DNA from: Spizellomyces punctatus DAOM BR117
Lineage: Eukaryota
Assembly (NCBI GenBank): GCA_000182565.2
Contig: KQ257461.1
DNA length: 50,801 nucleotides
Direction: 5' to 3' (one strand)
Position numbers and translations under genes: made by a program. A model generated the notes under the pieces. It had not been told where the DNA came from. It did not search any database and saw only the letters and a program-made list of their open reading frames with translations. Position 1 is the first letter of the stretch. Every line of letters begins with the position of its first letter. Below, in pieces: positions 1-14,038 of the stretch.

Positions 1-2
1 CT

Positions 3-1335
3 GATGCCCGCAAATCCCCTCATGTTCGCAGCAAGGAAGCTTGCGTCTTTTCCCATCGCTATTTCCTTCGCGGTCGCAAGGACCTTTTACCAGCGATTCG
101 TCGCAAAGTTCCAAAAAAGCTACCAAAGTCACAAGACGATAGTGGAAACGAAAGTAACGGCCCACCTCGTGCCGTCGTTCCCAAGAAAACCAAAATAGCC
201 AGAATCATAAACAAGCCCCCACCGCTCACTGGTATCGGAAAGATGCAGCGGGCGCCACCGCAAAAGGAGGATGTCATGAAACTTGTTCAAGCGTATGGCG
301 ATATTCATACCGACATGAAGCGATTAGATGATTATGTCGAGACAAGCATTTGGCCGACAATAGAAGGATTCAAGGAGTCAATGCAAATGCATGGACATAA
401 TGTTACCACTGTGCAGGATTATATGCATGCCATTCCCTATCCTGGTAGGCATACAGCCTTTCGAATTATCATGCTCTTGGATATAATTTGCTCATCATTT
501 CCACCTCTTTGTTAGAAGTCGAAAAAGTACAAAAGGCACACAAACGCAAAAGAAAGAGCGAGATCAGCCCAGTCGCTGAAGATCTTATCAGCAAACAGAG
601 CCGGTTCGCTCCCACCCTCCGCAGATGGGAAGGCCCGAAGCTCACACATCTGAATCTACACCACTCGTAAAGTCCTCTCCACTCATCATGAGGGAACCAA
701 CACCAGTGGCCGAACCTTTTTACATTCCAAGTCCTGTCGACCTGCTACCCCGTGGAGTCCACAACGACGACAGTCTCCCAAAATTAAGTCAAAATGAAAT
801 TGAAAACCTGACGGAACGATACGATATGGACCCGTCTTCGTTTCCAGAGGCCACCACGTACGAGCCCAATAGGTACTCACCCGGTCGAACGCCCGAGAGT
901 CTAAGGGATACAAGTCCCAGCCAAACAGAAGAAAACATGTCAAGTGTCAAAACGACTCTATCACCCGTCGCAACGACAGATACCGTGGCAGCCCTGCCCA
1001 TTACCGCCCCAACCACTACTTCAAAACCCCACTCCGCTCCCCCGATCATTGAACCTCCAAGCTTCCCAACAACAACCCTATCCCCATACCATTGGTCCGC
1101 CCCGTCGTCAGCTCCTATATACCCCTGTCGGACAATGTACCCATCTCAAGATACATGCTGCCAATGCTCCGAGATGGCTCCGCTGCCATACCCAACAGCA
1201 TGGCGGAGCCCAGTGTCGCCCCCGCTTGCCCGCTTAATGCCTTACCGTCCTTCCTTTATGCCCCAAACGATTATGACACCCACGCCGTACCAACCTCCTA
1301 CTGTGCGGAACCTTTACACTGATCGGAGAGCATGA
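3..1335 (+). CDS. HSF-type DNA-binding transcription factor, 5' end outside the window, spliced
   Basis: Frame from nt 3 reads ACVFSHRYFLRGRKDLLPAIRRK, matching the C-terminal end of the HSF DNA-binding domain, and continues in frame into ORF 243..515. An intron at ~445-515 leads to HKRKRK (NLS-like). A Pro/Ser/Thr-rich tail (ORF 625..1335) follows but needs a frame change near 667-731. Confidence 0.7.
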
Positions 1336-1893
1336 GCAGAAAATAAACAAGGGTGATACCCCCCCCCCCCCCTTCAGAAAAAGGAGGAATGGAAGGACAT
1401 GTTTTTAACTTATGTGGATAACCAACATAGAAATACAGAAACAGAAAATGCGGGATAAACAACAAAAAAAAAATTGGACAACGCCCAAAAGAAAAAAGTG
1501 ATGCAGATCGTTTTTGGATCTTGAAAGAGTATCCAATACTGTATTTTCTTTATTCTGTACATTATCTTGGAACTGTACATTTTTTTTTGTTGTTGTGTGT
1601 TGTTTGTGAGAGAAACCTTAGAAAGTGTTCAACTGTTTGTAAAGAAGTTTGTGGAGGAAAAAATACGAAAATGTAGATAGTGAAAAAAAGAGCAAACAGC
1701 TTGACAAAAATGATCAGTGGACATTTATACAGTAAATACAGTTTTGAATTTATGAATTATCTTTGGGTAGTTTGCCTTTGTTTTTTCGGTTACTTTTGGA
1801 TTTCGCTCAAGGCGGATATATGTTTGATATGTGAGGAGCAAGGAAAATGGTGTTTATGATCCGATCGGGTTGCTGCGATAACAAAAAGCTTCG

Positions 1894-4800
1894 TCATACT
1901 TGATTGTCAATTCCATTCAATTCATCTCCCTCCATCTTTGTCCCATTCCAAGGAAGTTCCCCTCTCCTCTTCTCGCCCTCCTTTCCCGCTTTGAGCCTCC
2001 CTGGCGCTGTCTTGGTCCTCACAATCAGGGCGGCGCCATTGCCTTCCTTATGAATCAATCGTGCCTCGCTTTTGAAAACTCGGCCCAAACTGGCGGCAGT
2101 CGCGTCTAATTCGACACCGGAGTGTGCCGCCAGTAGTTCAAGTGCCCCAGGGGACTGCGAGAAGGAGTACCCCCTGTTACGAAGGGTTTTGCCTGTTTGC
2201 ATCACGCTGAGTGTTGGAGAGTCCTTGGGTGAAGTTCCGATGTTCGCGTGGTAGGACGATGGTGTATGCTCCGAAATGAGGATGGAAGGGCGTGCAAGTG
2301 ATGATTGCGTCTGGGAGGGTCGGGTGGGAGACCCTGGCTCTGCACTCGTACTCTGCTGTTGCATTGACTCTTGTGCTGGTGGTAGAGTCGTTTCTCCCTG
2401 TTCGCAGGGTTCCTCTTGCCGCACTTTCCAAGATGGTCCAACTTGATTCTCAACCTTTTGGATCTCCTGCACCACCTCCGCATTACTAGGTCTAATCATT
2501 CGCTTGCCGAACCGCAACGCAAGTTTGGGAAGCTGGCAGCAAATCGTAGTCAACAAGACAACTAGCCAGAAAACAGGTGTCGTAAAGAGTTCATTAACGA
2601 CACCCCACAAAGTCGACCCAGGGAAAAACGAGTACAGCACTGTCCACAGTACTACGATGATCTCGCTCAAAGTATAGAAAATGGCATTCATCCACGTGAA
2701 GGAGTTGGTTGATAGGATGACGACCAAGTTTGCGTTCACCACACCACATATCGCTGTTGTGCAGCCGAGAAAATCCAAACCTGGGACTTGCCCATTCCCC
2801 CACATCGACCCTCCTTCTCTCACGACAGCCCAAGCGAAATAAAAAATAACCAGAGACTGATAAACAGAGTCAAGCATGTATGCCGCGAATCTCCCCATAC
2901 TGAATCCCCACTTTGTTCCGCTGTGGTAGACGGCCGGATGACTGAGAATAGAGCGGGGTGAGAGGTCTTGATCGAATACTCCAATCATAATGACGGGGAG
3001 TCCGGTAAAGACAATGTTGTAAAGAAGAGTGTAGGTAAAGTCGTAGACCGACTGGGCAGAAAAGCCGGCGTAGAATTGATACCAAAAGAGAACCATCCTA
3101 GACGGGAAAGAACAGAACATGTTAAAAACTTGAGAAACATGCAAAAATGACAGCATCGCAGAAACTTACACCCAAACCACATTCTTTACAAAGAAACACA
3201 AAATCATCTCGCAAATCCTTCCAAAACTCCACCGACCATGAACCAACATCAACCGCTCCAAGAATCTAAACTGTGCAATCGCATAATCAGACGCCATGGC
3301 AGCCTGTAATCCTTCCTGTCCGGCAATTCCAACACCGATATGGGCAGCCTGGATCATACTGACATCGTTCGCACCGTCACCAATGGATAAACACATTGCG
3401 CCAGTTTCTTTGATGAGAGTGACGATTTGCGCTTTTTGGAGTGGAGATACACGGCAACAAATCACCGAAGTGCAGTGCGTTGAGAGTTTTAAAAGTGTAG
3501 AACGGTTTTGTGGTTGAAGAGCGGTTTGAAGCGCTTGACCATCAATGATGAGAGCATGTGTGGTTTGTATTGGATTTTCCGATGGAGATGTTGGCGGGTT
3601 TGTGGAGGTCAACATCCCGTCTTCCAAGGCTGCTTGCGGATCTTTTCCAGTTGACACGGGCACAATGTTCCTTTCCGCTTGAGTTTCACCAAAGAACGTC
3701 TCGAGAGCTCGTTTCATTTGTGTTAAAACTCCTGCTCCACCTGCTGGACCGTCAGCTATATCCGCTCGTACAACAATGAGTGCCATATCCCTCATCAACA
3801 AATTGCACGAAAAGCCAATATTGATTGCTGTTTCCATTTTGTCCCCTATCACACAAAAAAAAAAGTCAGATCACGATGCCTTTGGGTCATTGAACCAAAA
3901 CAAACTAACAAAAGCTTGCTTACCAGTCAAAACCCACACCTTGACACCGGCATCCAAAAGCATGGCAATACATTCTGGCACACCTTCCTGAAGTTTATCT
4001 TCAATAGCCGTTGCACCCAACAACTCCAAGTCGCATTCAATGAGCTCGGCTGCAGCGTCCATGCGAGCTTCGCGGTCGGTGAGGGATGTACTCGCGTCGT
4101 GATACGTCTTGGACCAACTCTTGTACATTTCTTCTGGAAGAACTCGCTGGGCTATGCAGAGGGTGCGAAGTCCTATGGTGGATTGATTGCCAGTAATAAG
4201 CAAGATGATGGACACAGATATAATCGGAAGGATCGAGATAGTATACCTTCCTCAGCAAAGTTCTCTAGATGCTGTCCAGTAACCTCCTTCACTTGCTCCT
4301 GCCCGCTTCTCAAGCGTTCCCAAATAACCGAGTCTGCACCTTTACAATACAAAACCACTCGTGACTCCCCGCCGTCCACCGACTCTCGAACAACAACGCT
4401 CATCCTCTTTCGATTCGAGTTAAATTCCAGTACATTCAACAACTCGTAGGTATTTCGCACTCCTCGGACGTCAACAGATATGGTTGTATTTTCGCGGGAT
4501 GAAAAGATAAAGCCTGCAGACTTGGCGCCGTCCACTAGAGCGGATTCGTCCGGTGATTGAGCATTGTAGGTTATTTTCCCTGTTTTGGGGTCCTTGGATA
4601 TCAGGACTGTGTGGCAGACCGCTAATGAGGTGAAGAGCGTCGCCAGAGAATGATAGTCAGGATGTGCGGGGTCAGAAAGTCTTTTTTCCAATTCCAAATC
4701 CCAAAAGCTTGGTCTCTCCGGCTTGATTTCTTTGGCGTTCACCACTGTTTGACTCGTCTCTAGATCGTCGCCTCCATTCCCATACACAATGCCGGCCACA

Positions 4801-6588
4801 GAAAACTTTTTAAACTCCATTACATTCCGTGTCAACGTTCCCGTTTTGTCGGAGAAGACGTAATCAATTTGTCCTAGATCATCGGCTATCGCCCAGCTTC
4901 GCGGAATGCAGCGTTGGTCATTTGGCGCGTGGTACATTTCAATGTCTTCGTATATAAAATACGCCTAGGGGTAAGCAGTGTGAATACGATCTTTTTGCCA
5001 ATGCTAGGATCAGCATGAGAAACATACCTGAATCGTCTTGACGATTTCCAAAGTAATATATAACGAAAGTGGAACGACATTTTGGTAGATGATCAGACTC
5101 ATCCTAAATGCCGGCAAAAACAAAATCAGAAAGTGACAGCAAAGACTCAATCTCAAATTGTTGAAACAAAATTTACCAAAAGGCATCTAATCCCGCCGCA
5201 CCCACATTCATCCCTCCACTCTTGTAAGTCCAGTCTAACCACATAGGGCTGCCAGCAGTTCTACGTCGTTCCCAGATCGGATTGGCAATGCATGTCGCGA
5301 AGCAAATGGCAAACAGTAAAAGAAGATTGATAAACCTATGCATTTTGCCGTTAGTCTCCGATAAGGACGGGGACCCATTCTGCTTTCATGAACCTACACT
5401 TGAACGTTCATTCTCTTTTCGGTTTTAGAGCGCTTGGAAGGCGTTTTGCCCGCGTTCATCCGGATCTTCGTGTTATTTCCTGTATTGATGACAAGACCAA
5501 TCACCCATTCCGTATTCCGTAAGATACAACCACGTAATAGAAGAGTGGTGATAGTAAGCGGGATGCGGATGGACACTAAACGGGTAGCACTATAGGGTTC
5601 AAAAATGATATTCTTGCCAAAAATACGAAAAATCAATGGAGGTTCCAAACCATTCTTGCCCGTTTCCCCAACTTTATTCAAGATCATCGTCCCCAGAAAC
5701 GAGTACAGATCCCCATTCGGTCGCTCATATTCTACCCATCCACTGATACTCCCCACATCTTCCGCAACACCGGCTTCCGTCATCCACTCGGTTTCCGTCA
5801 CGCCTTTTCGGATTTTGAGGTTCGTTTCACCATCTAGATTTTTGGTCTCGATGTAGCAGAGGGACGACGGTTCCGAAGTGGAGAGAATCAACAAGTCGGC
5901 GGGGATGGAATCGTTGCTGTGCAAGAGGATAATGTCTCCTGTCTTGACGTCTGACCAAGGCGTTGGAACCCATTTCGGGGGATCGGCGGCTTTTGTGTCG
6001 TCTTCTTGGATAGGAGCAATCCTTCGATCACCTTTGGATCTCTTTTCCTTCATGCTAACCCAAGGAAGCGCCCACTCTTTCTCACAAAATACTTGATTCA
6101 CATTTGTCCATCCTCCGCACTTCCACGTCATGGTTCCGTTCATCTCTCTGTCACTTTGATGTCGCCGCCAGTCTTCTACCCCGTCTTTAACGGCTGTTAG
6201 GCCCACAATGACGATTAGTGGTAGAGCGGAAACGAAGGGATTAATTGTTGAATAGGCGGGAAAGAACTGCAGGATCGTCAAGAGGAGGAAATAGAGATTC
6301 GCTACACGGCTTTTGGAATAGGTAACGTCAGATCTTTCGTTTCGGGTATACATGTTAATATCGTGCAAGGGGATTGTGGAATATTTACCGGAACTGTTCA
6401 AAAAGGTTCTTGGGCAGAAAATTCCAAGCCGTATACTTGCTCGTCGATATGGCATTGGACGGAAACTTTTGTAACGGCTTACCATGATGACTGAACATGC
6501 GTGCTGGCACAGGAACATTGATGAAGACTTTTTGGGTTGCATCTCCATTTGGTGCTATGGTCGATGGAGACGTCTTTCGTTTGCCCAT
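1894..6588 (-). CDS. P4-type ATPase (phospholipid flippase, DNF/DRS2 family), multi-exon
   Basis: Motifs [41 protein letters not shown] (phosphorylated Asp), [18 protein letters not shown] and [12 protein letters not shown], plus C-terminal TM helices, across ORFs 6385-6606, 5394-6548, 4173-4937, 3871-4215, 3166-3852 and 1894-3156. Confidence 0.96.
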
Positions 6589-6749
6589 CTTTGAGCTGGA
6601 CAACAAATCCTAATCCAAATGGAATATAGACCATAGCCAGTACGTCAGCCATGACCCGCTCTGGTTGGTGCTTGAGGGTACTTGATCCTAAAAACACGCG
6701 GAGATATCTATCCTCTTGCTTACGTGATCGACTTTCTAACCATGATCAC

Positions 6750-9226
6750 CTACTTTCTTCTGCCAACTAACCCACCAACCACCGCTTCAACGTCTATAAC
6801 CTCCTTTGGCGCCTCAGCACTCAACACAACAGGCGCAAAGCCTGTTTCCTTACTCCCAACCACAATATCATCCTCAATGCGTATCCCAACCCCACGAAAT
6901 CCTTCAGGGTACGCATCTGAATGAGGGATATAAAGTCCTGGTTCTGCTTTTAAGTTAGAACTGAATCTTTGAACTACTGGAAAAGTCGAATACACACCTA
7001 TAGTAATGACCATCCCGGCCTCAAGCTTTCGGGTGCGTGGAATGTTCTCTGTATCGTGGATATCCATGCCCAACCAATGACCAACGTGATGTGGGTACAG
7101 CTGGGACATTTCCTAAAGTGGACACGATTCTTTGTCAATAGGGGTTCACCCAGACATTACAAAAAGCTGAATTCACTCACTCGTCTCCCAATATTTCTAC
7201 CAAACAACGCTGAGCACTCTTCTCGAAGCATCTCAAAGGCGTCATTCTGTATGCTATCAAGAGTAACATCGTTGTCACCAGTGCATCTCTAATGTCGACA
7301 AGGAATTTATCATCCAGTTGCTAAAGGACCCTAAACATGAAAACGGTGGATACCTTTATGCAATCTTGCTGAACTCTCAAAACTGCCTCGTAGAGCTGAC
7401 GTTGCTGGGTTGTGAACTTCCCATTTACCGGCCATGTGCGGGTAATGTCACTTGCATACCCAGCGTATTCCTAAAGTAATAACATAGCGGGTTAGGCAAG
7501 TCAGATTATACGCGTAGCAAAGCTCGTTTCAACTTACCGCCCCAGCGTCCACCAAAACTAATGTCCCGTCGCTAAGCACAAAATCCCGCATGAGATGACA
7601 ATGACGCTTTCTTGGAAGCGCACATGCCTTACCTCAATAATTGATTATTCACAACATAATGAATAACCAAGGCATTCTCGCCACCCGCAACCACTGGAAC
7701 ATACCCCAAGCCCTTAGCACCCTGTCGCTTACAAGAATATTCCATAACAGCCCCCAAGTCGTGCTCCCCGATGCCCGGTTTCGTCTCTCCCATCATATCC
7801 ACAAAGCCCCGACCAGCTATTCGTCCAGCTTTCCTCATCAATTCCTGTTCCGCCGGTGATTTGACCAGTCGGAGTTCGGATATTAGCGGCGTGAGCTTCT
7901 GTACTACTGGCGATCGACCCCGTCGACCTTTCGTTAGTGTGAGGTTTTTAAGGATGGGTGTGATACTTGTGTCGATTGCTGACGCGTTGCTAGCGTGTAG
8001 TTTGCTGGATGACCCGTGTCGGATATATGTCTCATCCAGCGGTGTTGCTGGGGGAGATGATAAGGCGAGGTCGGTATATATGGGACCCGTAGGTGAGGAG
8101 AGGATTGCTTCAATGTAGCGAGGTAGCGCATCAATGGATTGCGTCTACATATATCGCTGTGAGTAAATTGCCGGCAGTTCACGTAATAACGAAATCCGCA
8201 CCTCATCTGCGCCAAAGAACTGAGCAGCACCCTCGAAACCAATCTTTGGGCCATCCCATATTTCCCGTTTCTTATCTTGGGGCCGCACAAATAGAATCAT
8301 CTTGTACCCATTCTCAGATGCCTTTGATCGTACTGACCACCAGTTTCAGATCGAGTGGGTATATCCGCAAGAACATGTCATTTCATACCTAGCACCAGCG
8401 CACAATCGGGTTCATCAACTCCACATAGATAGAGAAGATTTGTCTGTTGATGGAATGGGTAACTACGCAGCGTCATTAGCACCAAGTGATAGCCATTTCA
8501 ATAAGAAAAATGCATGTGCTTACAATATTCCATTCGTGGCATATCGCAATCCATACCCAGGAACAATCACCACGCTTCCTTCGGACAACTGCGACATCAG
8601 TCGAGATCTTCGAGATTGGTATTCCTCCCGCGAGAGGCCCGGGGTGACTACCAAGACAAAGTATTGGGATTCAAAAAGAAAGTTGGTAACATGATGACTC
8701 ATGGAGTTTGGAGACAGGTGGTTCAGGTGACGACGTAGCTGAAGCGTGAAGCACTTGGGTATAATGACAAGAAATATCGTCGGATGTGGTGGACAAATTG
8801 TGGTTTATACCAGCCTGCAGCTCGCAATCTCATAGAGCAAAGAATCCATGTGGGATCATCTATGTGACAAGATCCCGCTGCCGGGCCAGGAACGCAACTC
8901 TCGTCGCACTTATTTTTCATCCCAGCCGAAACGAGAACCCGACTAGTCCGTCGACGCCTTCAGCTACATTTGACTCCTGGCCATTCCTATATCTCGCATT
9001 AAAACCCACCCTCTCCACTCTTCATTAAATGCGGATGTGTCTCCGGTGTAGGCTGTCCAATAAGACCAAGCCTTGTCGCTGCGTCCGTAACTTTGCATCG
9101 GTTGCTCCCATTGTGTACTGCTAGCCGTAGTATAGTGCCATTCGACGATGCATTTGGACACACGGTAATGCTGGGAACGGGTTTTCTAAGTCTGCATGCG
9201 CGGATGGTCGAGGATAATAGCCGCAT
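6750..9226 (-). CDS. ICP55: Mitochondrial Xaa-Pro aminopeptidase 3 / intermediate cleaving peptidase 55 (M24B)
   Basis: Arg/Ser-rich presequence then [11 protein letters not shown] (8999-9226), spliced over a 362-nt intron to [14 protein letters not shown]. Also [26 protein letters not shown] and GIRIEDD. Confidence 0.92.
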
Positions 9227-9461
9227 TTTGCTCTGCAGATGAGCTCAGGAAGACCAGCGCTGAGGTCAAAGGATGGTGATCGGTTGGCATGTCAACAACT
9301 TCTTAGTAAGCGATAACACAGCTAGCGTCGCACTCATACTCGCACTCAAACTATCATATTGTTGGGTATAAATAATATTTTCTACAAAAGCTATGCATGC
9401 TATACATGCCGGCCGCTACAGTAAATAATAAGGATAAATACACATGTTCAACCTGGTAACC

Positions 9462-11897
9462 CTAATCCACACCTAGTACCCCCTGTTCTACAACAGCCTC
9501 CTCTTTCACACTTCCTGTGAATTCCCTCACGATTTCGTCCCAAAAGACCTGTAATCCCTTCCCTTCCAGTACCTCACACGGCTCCCACTCTCTTGCATCT
9601 ATACCAGCTTCCATATTAGCGATAATTCCATCCACTTCCTTCCATAGACGCGCCTTTTCAGTAGGCGTGAGCGAGTCCACCACGACCCGCGCGTCCTTTC
9701 CCAGTTCCAAGATAGACCCGCGGGTATTCCGCGGACGCATCACGTCATAGAGAAGGTGCTCGACCAGTGCGTGAATACCAGCTGGCCCTGCGGGTGGTCG
9801 CTTTGCTACCGCGGGAAGTAGCGGATATGCGGCTTTGAAAAAGGGAAGCAAGGCGCTGTACAAGGCTCCAATGACTTGACTGTGGGTTTTCGCGAGAGAT
9901 TCAGTGGGTGAGTCGTAAGCCGTCATCCCTTCGAGAATTTGCGAAACAGTATCGACGAGCTTAGACATGAGAGTGGCAATGTCTATACACTTCCAAACTT
10001 CATCCAACAATGGGGGCACCATTTCGCAAAAATGTTTAACAAAATCCACCACATCTTTGCTTCCCAGTACCTCGACAAAATCCTCCTTTTCCTTTTTTCG
10101 GATGTAGCATTTCGCAAATGCGACTTCGGATTTGCTGATCGTAGTCTGGAATGTTTTCTCGTCGCTGTTGCGTAAAAAGTCACGAATTTTTTCTGCGGGA
10201 TCCTGAGAGGAGATGTCGTACACACAGCTCTGCCGCCACTGCTCGAATGCTGCGTCAATAGTGCGTTCTATGGCACATCTTCGTGATTGCTGCACATTCT
10301 TGGCAATGATTCGAAGAGCAGCTTGCGTCCGATCGAGAGCACAGATCATTGCCCCAATCTTTTGCAGCAACGAATACATCCCTGGAGGCTTCCAGCAGAA
10401 TAGCTTTATCACACGATCCACGAATGGAACACTATAGGACCAAAGTAGGCATTAGCCTGTGCGACAGCAGAATTGTCACCATGCATACGTACGGATTGAC
10501 TAGCCGCAGCGACGTAAGCATGATCGAAACCGGCAGCCGCTTCCAGATACTAGCAAACTTGTGTCTCCATTCTGCGTCGTCCTGTATGTCACATGTTAAC
10601 TATCATCGCATCTGGACATACAATGGATCAGCCCTACCAAGATATTGTCAATCGCATGCGCTACGGCAGTAATAATTGAATAGAAAAAGTCTTGAAAAGT
10701 CGGTGGCAGATCCATAATCTCGGGAGAGCTTTTAACCACATCCCAAAATCTCTCGGCAAGATCCACTTCAGCTTCGCTGTCATCGCCGATGAGTTCCCGA
10801 CATATGCCACAACCAGCTTTTAATACGCTCCGCCACGCATCAGTGAATCCTCTTGCTTTGAGCTCTCGCAATTCGAGGGTCTCATCAGTGTCTGGAGTCT
10901 TGCGTTCGCGTTTGGACAGGCGGAAGCTCCCACCACCAGGAAGGGAAGCGCGATAATAGCAGAGAAGGTCCGGGTATAGGGTGGCAGGACGTAGGATCGG
11001 CCGAGTGGAGAAAGTGGGCAATGGGGCAGCGTTGTCGTCAACTCCATACCAAGCTTCATTCTTGAGATGGCTGAATAGAGTCACATAATACAACGAAAAG
11101 CTCTACCCATTGTGAAATACCCTTACAGTGAGCCTAGTGTTGCAGTGTGCATAGATCCTTCCTAGAACGTACCAGCACATCAAACTTTGTTGCCCTCATC
11201 CATTTTCCAACAAAGTCCAGAAATTCATGTTCCATAAAGTCATCCAGACCAGCCAGGTACTTTGCGCCATGTCCGGCAAAAAGTGGCAAGTCGCGGAATA
11301 GGCGTACGTAGAGAGCTCGTGTCAGGGGCGGTAAGACCCCAGGGCCCGGAAAGTCACTTGGGACGCTTGGTGTCACTAGGTTTAGGTGCAGCACGGCGGG
11401 TATTGGGGCAACGGTGAGCGTCCGAGCGTTTGCACCATATGACGAGGCAAACTCGACCGTCAAGACAAGCTCGCAGAGTCGAGCTCGAAGGACTATTTGA
11501 ATCAAAAAAAGAACAGAATTAAGATAAAAACAATCATTAACCCTAACATATGGTTCGTGGTACCATCGTGCCGAAGAGCATTGACTTTGCTGTTGAGCGC
11601 GTCCGACAGGAAGAGAGTGTTCATGGCCTGTAAGTGCGAGCGTGCGGGAGGTTGGGGGATTTGATATTCTTGTCCTTGATCAACGATGTGATCTACGAGG
11701 TCTTGGTTGTCCAATGATGAGAGCGATTCTAGGGACGACGAGTAAGCTTCGTCTCCGTCGCTGTCTGTCGTTGTTGACGCTGTGCTGCTGTCGTCTGACA
11801 AGGAGTCTGATGATATGGAATTTGACGAACAAGAAGACTCTTCTTCTTGTGGGCCTACTGCAACCCAACTCCAAGTTGAAGAAAGAAATGAAAACAT
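9462..11897 (-). CDS. PX-associated (PXB) / DUF3818 domain protein (YPR097W-like), multi-exon
   Basis: Acidic Ser-rich N-terminus, then LPPLTRALYVRLFRDLPLF (PXB-like), then DLPPTFQDFFYSIITAVAHAIDNILVG, RLVNP and KLFCWKPPGMYSLLQKI, which resemble the YPR097W/DUF3818 region. Call from remembered motifs. Confidence 0.6.
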
Positions 11898-12074
11898 TTT
11901 TCAAACACCGCCCGAACAGAAAACAAACACAAAAAAAAAACGGTCTGCAATCAAAAGAAAATTGCCATTTATTTTATTTTATAAAGGGCTTTTGGTGAGA
12001 TCACACTTTAAATGATGACGCGCACACTTTGCGGTTTGACTGCGAGGGCACTGCCACAGATTCTGCATTAGAGC

Positions 12075-14038
12075 ATGGCATTTTGGCATTGGAGCATCGT
12101 CACCGCTTCACGCTCTTTGGGACACGGACTCTGTGCACGTCGCTGCGTCATGGCCTTTTCAACCCACGTTCATGTCGAGTCTGGTGCCAAGAGTTGGTCG
12201 TTGCCGACGGGCCTATTCATCAATAATGCATTTATTCCCTCTGTGACGGGAAGCAAGTTTGACACAATTGACCCGTGAGTCTATGGTAAACGAGAGCATG
12301 CCATGGCATTTCTGCTACAGGGTGGCAAGTGATGCTAAATTGGCATGTTGAAACACCCAAGGTCTACAGGGGACGTCATCACTCAAGTCTTTCAAGCTGG
12401 AAAGGAAGACGTGGACATTGCTGTGACAGCTGCACAAAAGGCTCTAGCAACATGGCAGAGGTACATTGTAACCGATTTTGACAGTGTCGCCATATTTATG
12501 TGAAAATAACGACGTGAATGGTCAGTATACCTGCGGCAGAAAGGGGCAAGTGCCTTTTGAAACTCGCAGATTTGATTGAACAAAACAGCACCGAACTCGC
12601 CGAACTTGAATCTTTGGATAATGGCAAAACAGTAAAGGATGCCATCGGAGACGTCCAAGGTGTCGTCGAAGTATACCGTTACTACGCTGGCTGGACAGAT
12701 AAGATTGCTGGACAGACCTTGGACATTGACCCAAAGCTGCATACATATACACGAGTCGAGCCTCTCGGTGTCGTCGGACAAATCATACCATGGAATTACC
12801 CTCTCATGATGCAGGCGTGGAAGCTTGCCCCAGCCTTGGCATGTGGAAATACTATTGTCATGAAGGTACAAGCAATCGCTGATTTTCCACGTTAGTTTCG
12901 ATCATGGGGCTGTAGCAATCACATCTAGACTTCTGAAAAAACGCCCCTCAGTGGCCTCAAAGTCGCCGAACTCATTGCAAAAGCCGGATTCCCTCCAGGT
13001 GTCGTCAACATCCTGTCTGGGTTCGGTACTCCTTGTGGTGAAGCCATCGCGCGACACCGCGACATTGCCAAGATTGCCTTTACAGGCTCAACAGCCGTCG
13101 GAAGAAAGATTATGATCATGGCCGCAGAAAGCAATTTGAAAAAAGTGACCTTGGAGTTGGGAGGCAAAAGCCCAAATATTGTCTTTGATGATGCGGACCT
13201 GGATCAAGCGGTTGAAGCATGCTTTGGAGGCATCTTTGAGAACATGGGACAAAATTGCTGTGCTGGTTCCAGAGTATTTGTGCAAGCAGGGATTTACGAT
13301 CTTTTTGTTGAAAAGTTCAGGCAAAAGGTGTGTTATGCACCTGTCAGTGATGAATCATGACCGCGTTGTAAAGCATGGCCTTCTCCAAAGATGTCTCAGG
13401 CAAAGCTCGGCCATCCTCGCGATCCCACAGCAACTATGGGACCGCTTGTTGATGCTCAGCAATTCAACTCTGTCAGCTCCTATATATCCATCGGCGTCAA
13501 AGAGGGAGCCACATTAGCCTATGGTGGAAAACGACAAGGCACCAAAGGCTTCTTTCTCGAGCCTGCTCTATTCACTGACGTTACTGATAGCATGCGAATC
13601 TACCAAGAGGAAATCTTTGGACCAGTTGCCTGTGTTGTAAAATTTGAGACTGAGGAAGAGGTTCTGAAAAAGGCCAATGCAACAAGTTACGGCTTGGCGG
13701 CTGCTGTTCACACGAATGATTTAAGACGGGCGGTGAGGATGGAGAAAGGGATGAAGGCGGGAAACGTGTGGGTCAATTGTTATAATTGTGCGTCGTTTCC
13801 ATTTTGCTCGCTCCCGCATCGTATGAATGCTCATGTGATATCGCCAACCTCGTGTAGTGACCCTGCCGCAATTACCGTTTGGCGGATTCAAACAATCTGG
13901 AATTGGGCGGGAACTTGGAGAGTATGGATTACGAGAATATACTCGTAAGTTACAATCGTTCTTTTTGTACCCACGCTTAGAAACCAATACATCCCGAATA
14001 TTACAGAGGTCAAGTCGGTAGTCATGAATCTTGCTTGA
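12075..14038 (+). CDS. NAD(P)-dependent aldehyde dehydrogenase (ALDH1/2 family), multi-exon
   Basis: [36 protein letters not shown] (catalytic Glu), GQNCCAG (catalytic Cys), EEIFGPV and [15 protein letters not shown]. In-frame ATGs at 12075 and 12150. Confidence 0.96.

Noticed and set aside
1359-1800. Poly-C, poly-A and TTG/TG tracts
   Set aside because: Ordinary low-complexity sequence between convergent genes.
8964-9226. Separate small gene between ICP55 and the PXB-like gene
   Set aside because: ORF 8999..9226 is exon 1 of ICP55 ([11 protein letters not shown]).
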